DNA of 27,962 nucleotides from a virus. Taxonomy: Duplodnaviria > Heunggongvirae > Uroviricota > Caudoviricetes. The notes under the pieces were generated by a model. That model was not told the origin of the DNA and did no database searches. It saw only the letters and a list, made by a program, of their open reading frames with translations. Position numbers and translations under genes: made by a program. The stretch is from positions 1-27,962 of IMG/VR virus record IMGVR_UViG_2627853678_000006; one strand, 5' to 3'. Below are positions 26,885 through 27,962 of this stretch, in pieces. Position 1 is the stretch's first letter, and each line of letters begins with the position of its first letter.

Positions 26885-26909
26885 AGTCCTCAGACATGAG
26901 GACTTTTTT
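26885..26909 (+). terminator. Stem-loop plus T-run immediately upstream of int; the 3' arm contains the int Shine-Dalgarno
   Basis: agtcctc (26885-26891) pairs with gaggact (26898-26904), 6-nt loop, then ttttt and ATG at 26910. GAGGA at 26898-26902 is the only Shine-Dalgarno for int. Confidence 0.5.
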
Positions 26910-27962
26910 ATGGCAGTACGAAAACTCACCACAGGAAAATGGCTGTGCGAATGTTATCCCGCCGGACGTAGTGGACGTCGTGTGCGTAAACAATTCGCCA
27001 CCAAAGGCGAAGCTCTGGCTTTTGAGCGTCACACGATGGAAGAAACCGAAGCAAAGCCTTGGCTAGGTGAATCAGTGGATCGTCGAACACTGAAAGACGT
27101 GGTTGAGCTATGGTTCAAATTACATGGTAAATCTCTGACTGCTGGGCAGCATGTCTATGACAAATTGCTGCTGATGGTTAACGCTCTGGGCAATCCTCTT
27201 GCAACCGATCTCACCTCTAAAATGTTTGCCCACTATCGAGATAAACGCCTGACAGGTGAGATCTACTTCAGCGAGAAATGGAAGAAAGGAGCCAGCCCGG
27301 TCACCATTAACCTGGAGCAAAGCTATCTAAGTAGTGTTTTTAGCGAACTATCCCGCCTGGGCGAATGGTCGTATCCAAACCCACTGGAGAACATGCGAAA
27401 ATTCACCATCGCAGAAAAAGAGATGGCATGGCTTACCCATGAGCAGATTGTTGAACTGCTGGCTGATTGCAAACGTCAGGACCCAATTCTGGCACTGGTA
27501 GTCAAGATATGCTTAAGCACAGGCGCACGCTGGCGAGAAGCAATAAACCTTACCCGATCACAGGTGACTAAATACCGAATTACCTTTGTAAGAACGAAGG
27601 GGAAGAAAAACAGAAGCATCCCTATCAGTAAAGAGCTTTATGAAGAGATCATGGCGCTTGATGGGTTCAATTTCTTCACAGACTGCTATTTTCAATTTTT
27701 ATCCGTGATGGAAAAAACGTCAATCGTGCTCCCTCGCGGTCAACTGACACACGTTCTGCGCCATACGTTTGCGGCACATTTCATGATGTCGGGTGGAAAT
27801 ATCCTTGCTTTGCAAAAAATCCTCGGACATCACGATATAAAAATGACTATGCGTTACGCTCATCTGGCACCGGATCATCTGGAAACGGCGCTCCGTTTCA
27901 ATCCTCTGGCAACGCTGCCAAGTGGCGACAAAGTGGCGGCAGCGGTTGGCATTACCCCGTAA
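26910..27962 (+). CDS. int: Tyrosine integrase (P2/186 family)
   Basis: 350-aa ORF with tyrosine-recombinase motifs (ARWREAINL, HVLRHTFA, MRYAHL). Stop codon is the last three bases of the window, so any att site lies outside. Confidence 0.85.
   Translation: MAVRKLTTGKWLCECYPAGRSGRRVRKQFATKGEALAFERHTMEETEAKPWLGESVDRRTLKDVVELWFKLHGKSLTAGQHVYDKLLLMVNALGNPLATDLTSKMFAHYRDKRLTGEIYFSEKWKKGASPVTINLEQSYLSSVFSELSRLGEWSYPNPLENMRKFTIAEKEMAWLTHEQIVELLADCKRQDPILALVVKICLSTGARWREAINLTRSQVTKYRITFVRTKGKKNRSIPISKELYEEIMALDGFNFFTDCYFQFLSVMEKTSIVLPRGQLTHVLRHTFAAHFMMSGGNILALQKILGHHDIKMTMRYAHLAPDHLETALRFNPLATLPSGDKVAAAVGITP

Overview
This window is most of a P2/186-family prophage from an enterobacterial host. 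Reading left to right: tail fiber H (partial), baseplate I/J/W/V, tail completion S/R, lysis cassette, head genes L/M/N/O, terminase P and portal Q, a cos-like site, replication gene A with the early operon (Dam methyltransferase, TraR-like, CII-like, Apl-like), a 186-type CI repressor, and integrase ending at the last base of the window. Four AT-rich cargo islands interrupt the GC-rich backbone: (1) an antisense moron between S and the V late promoter; (2) a 778-aa RloC/PrrC-like zinc-hook ABC ATPase between portal Q and cos; (3) a translationally coupled three-gene operon of unrecognised proteins between cos and an SOS-regulated DinI-like module, at the position of the P2 tin/old defence hotspot; (4) a small secreted Cys-rich peptide plus a KAP-family P-loop NTPase between cI and int. 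The three-gene operon is the best candidate for an undescribed system. As sequenced, baseplate J, the endolysin and terminase P carry five single-base deletions that break their reading frames; these are either consensus errors or mark a defective prophage with intact cargo. All names come from motif and synteny recognition by eye; no database search was run, and P2/186 protein lengths and sequences are quoted from memory.
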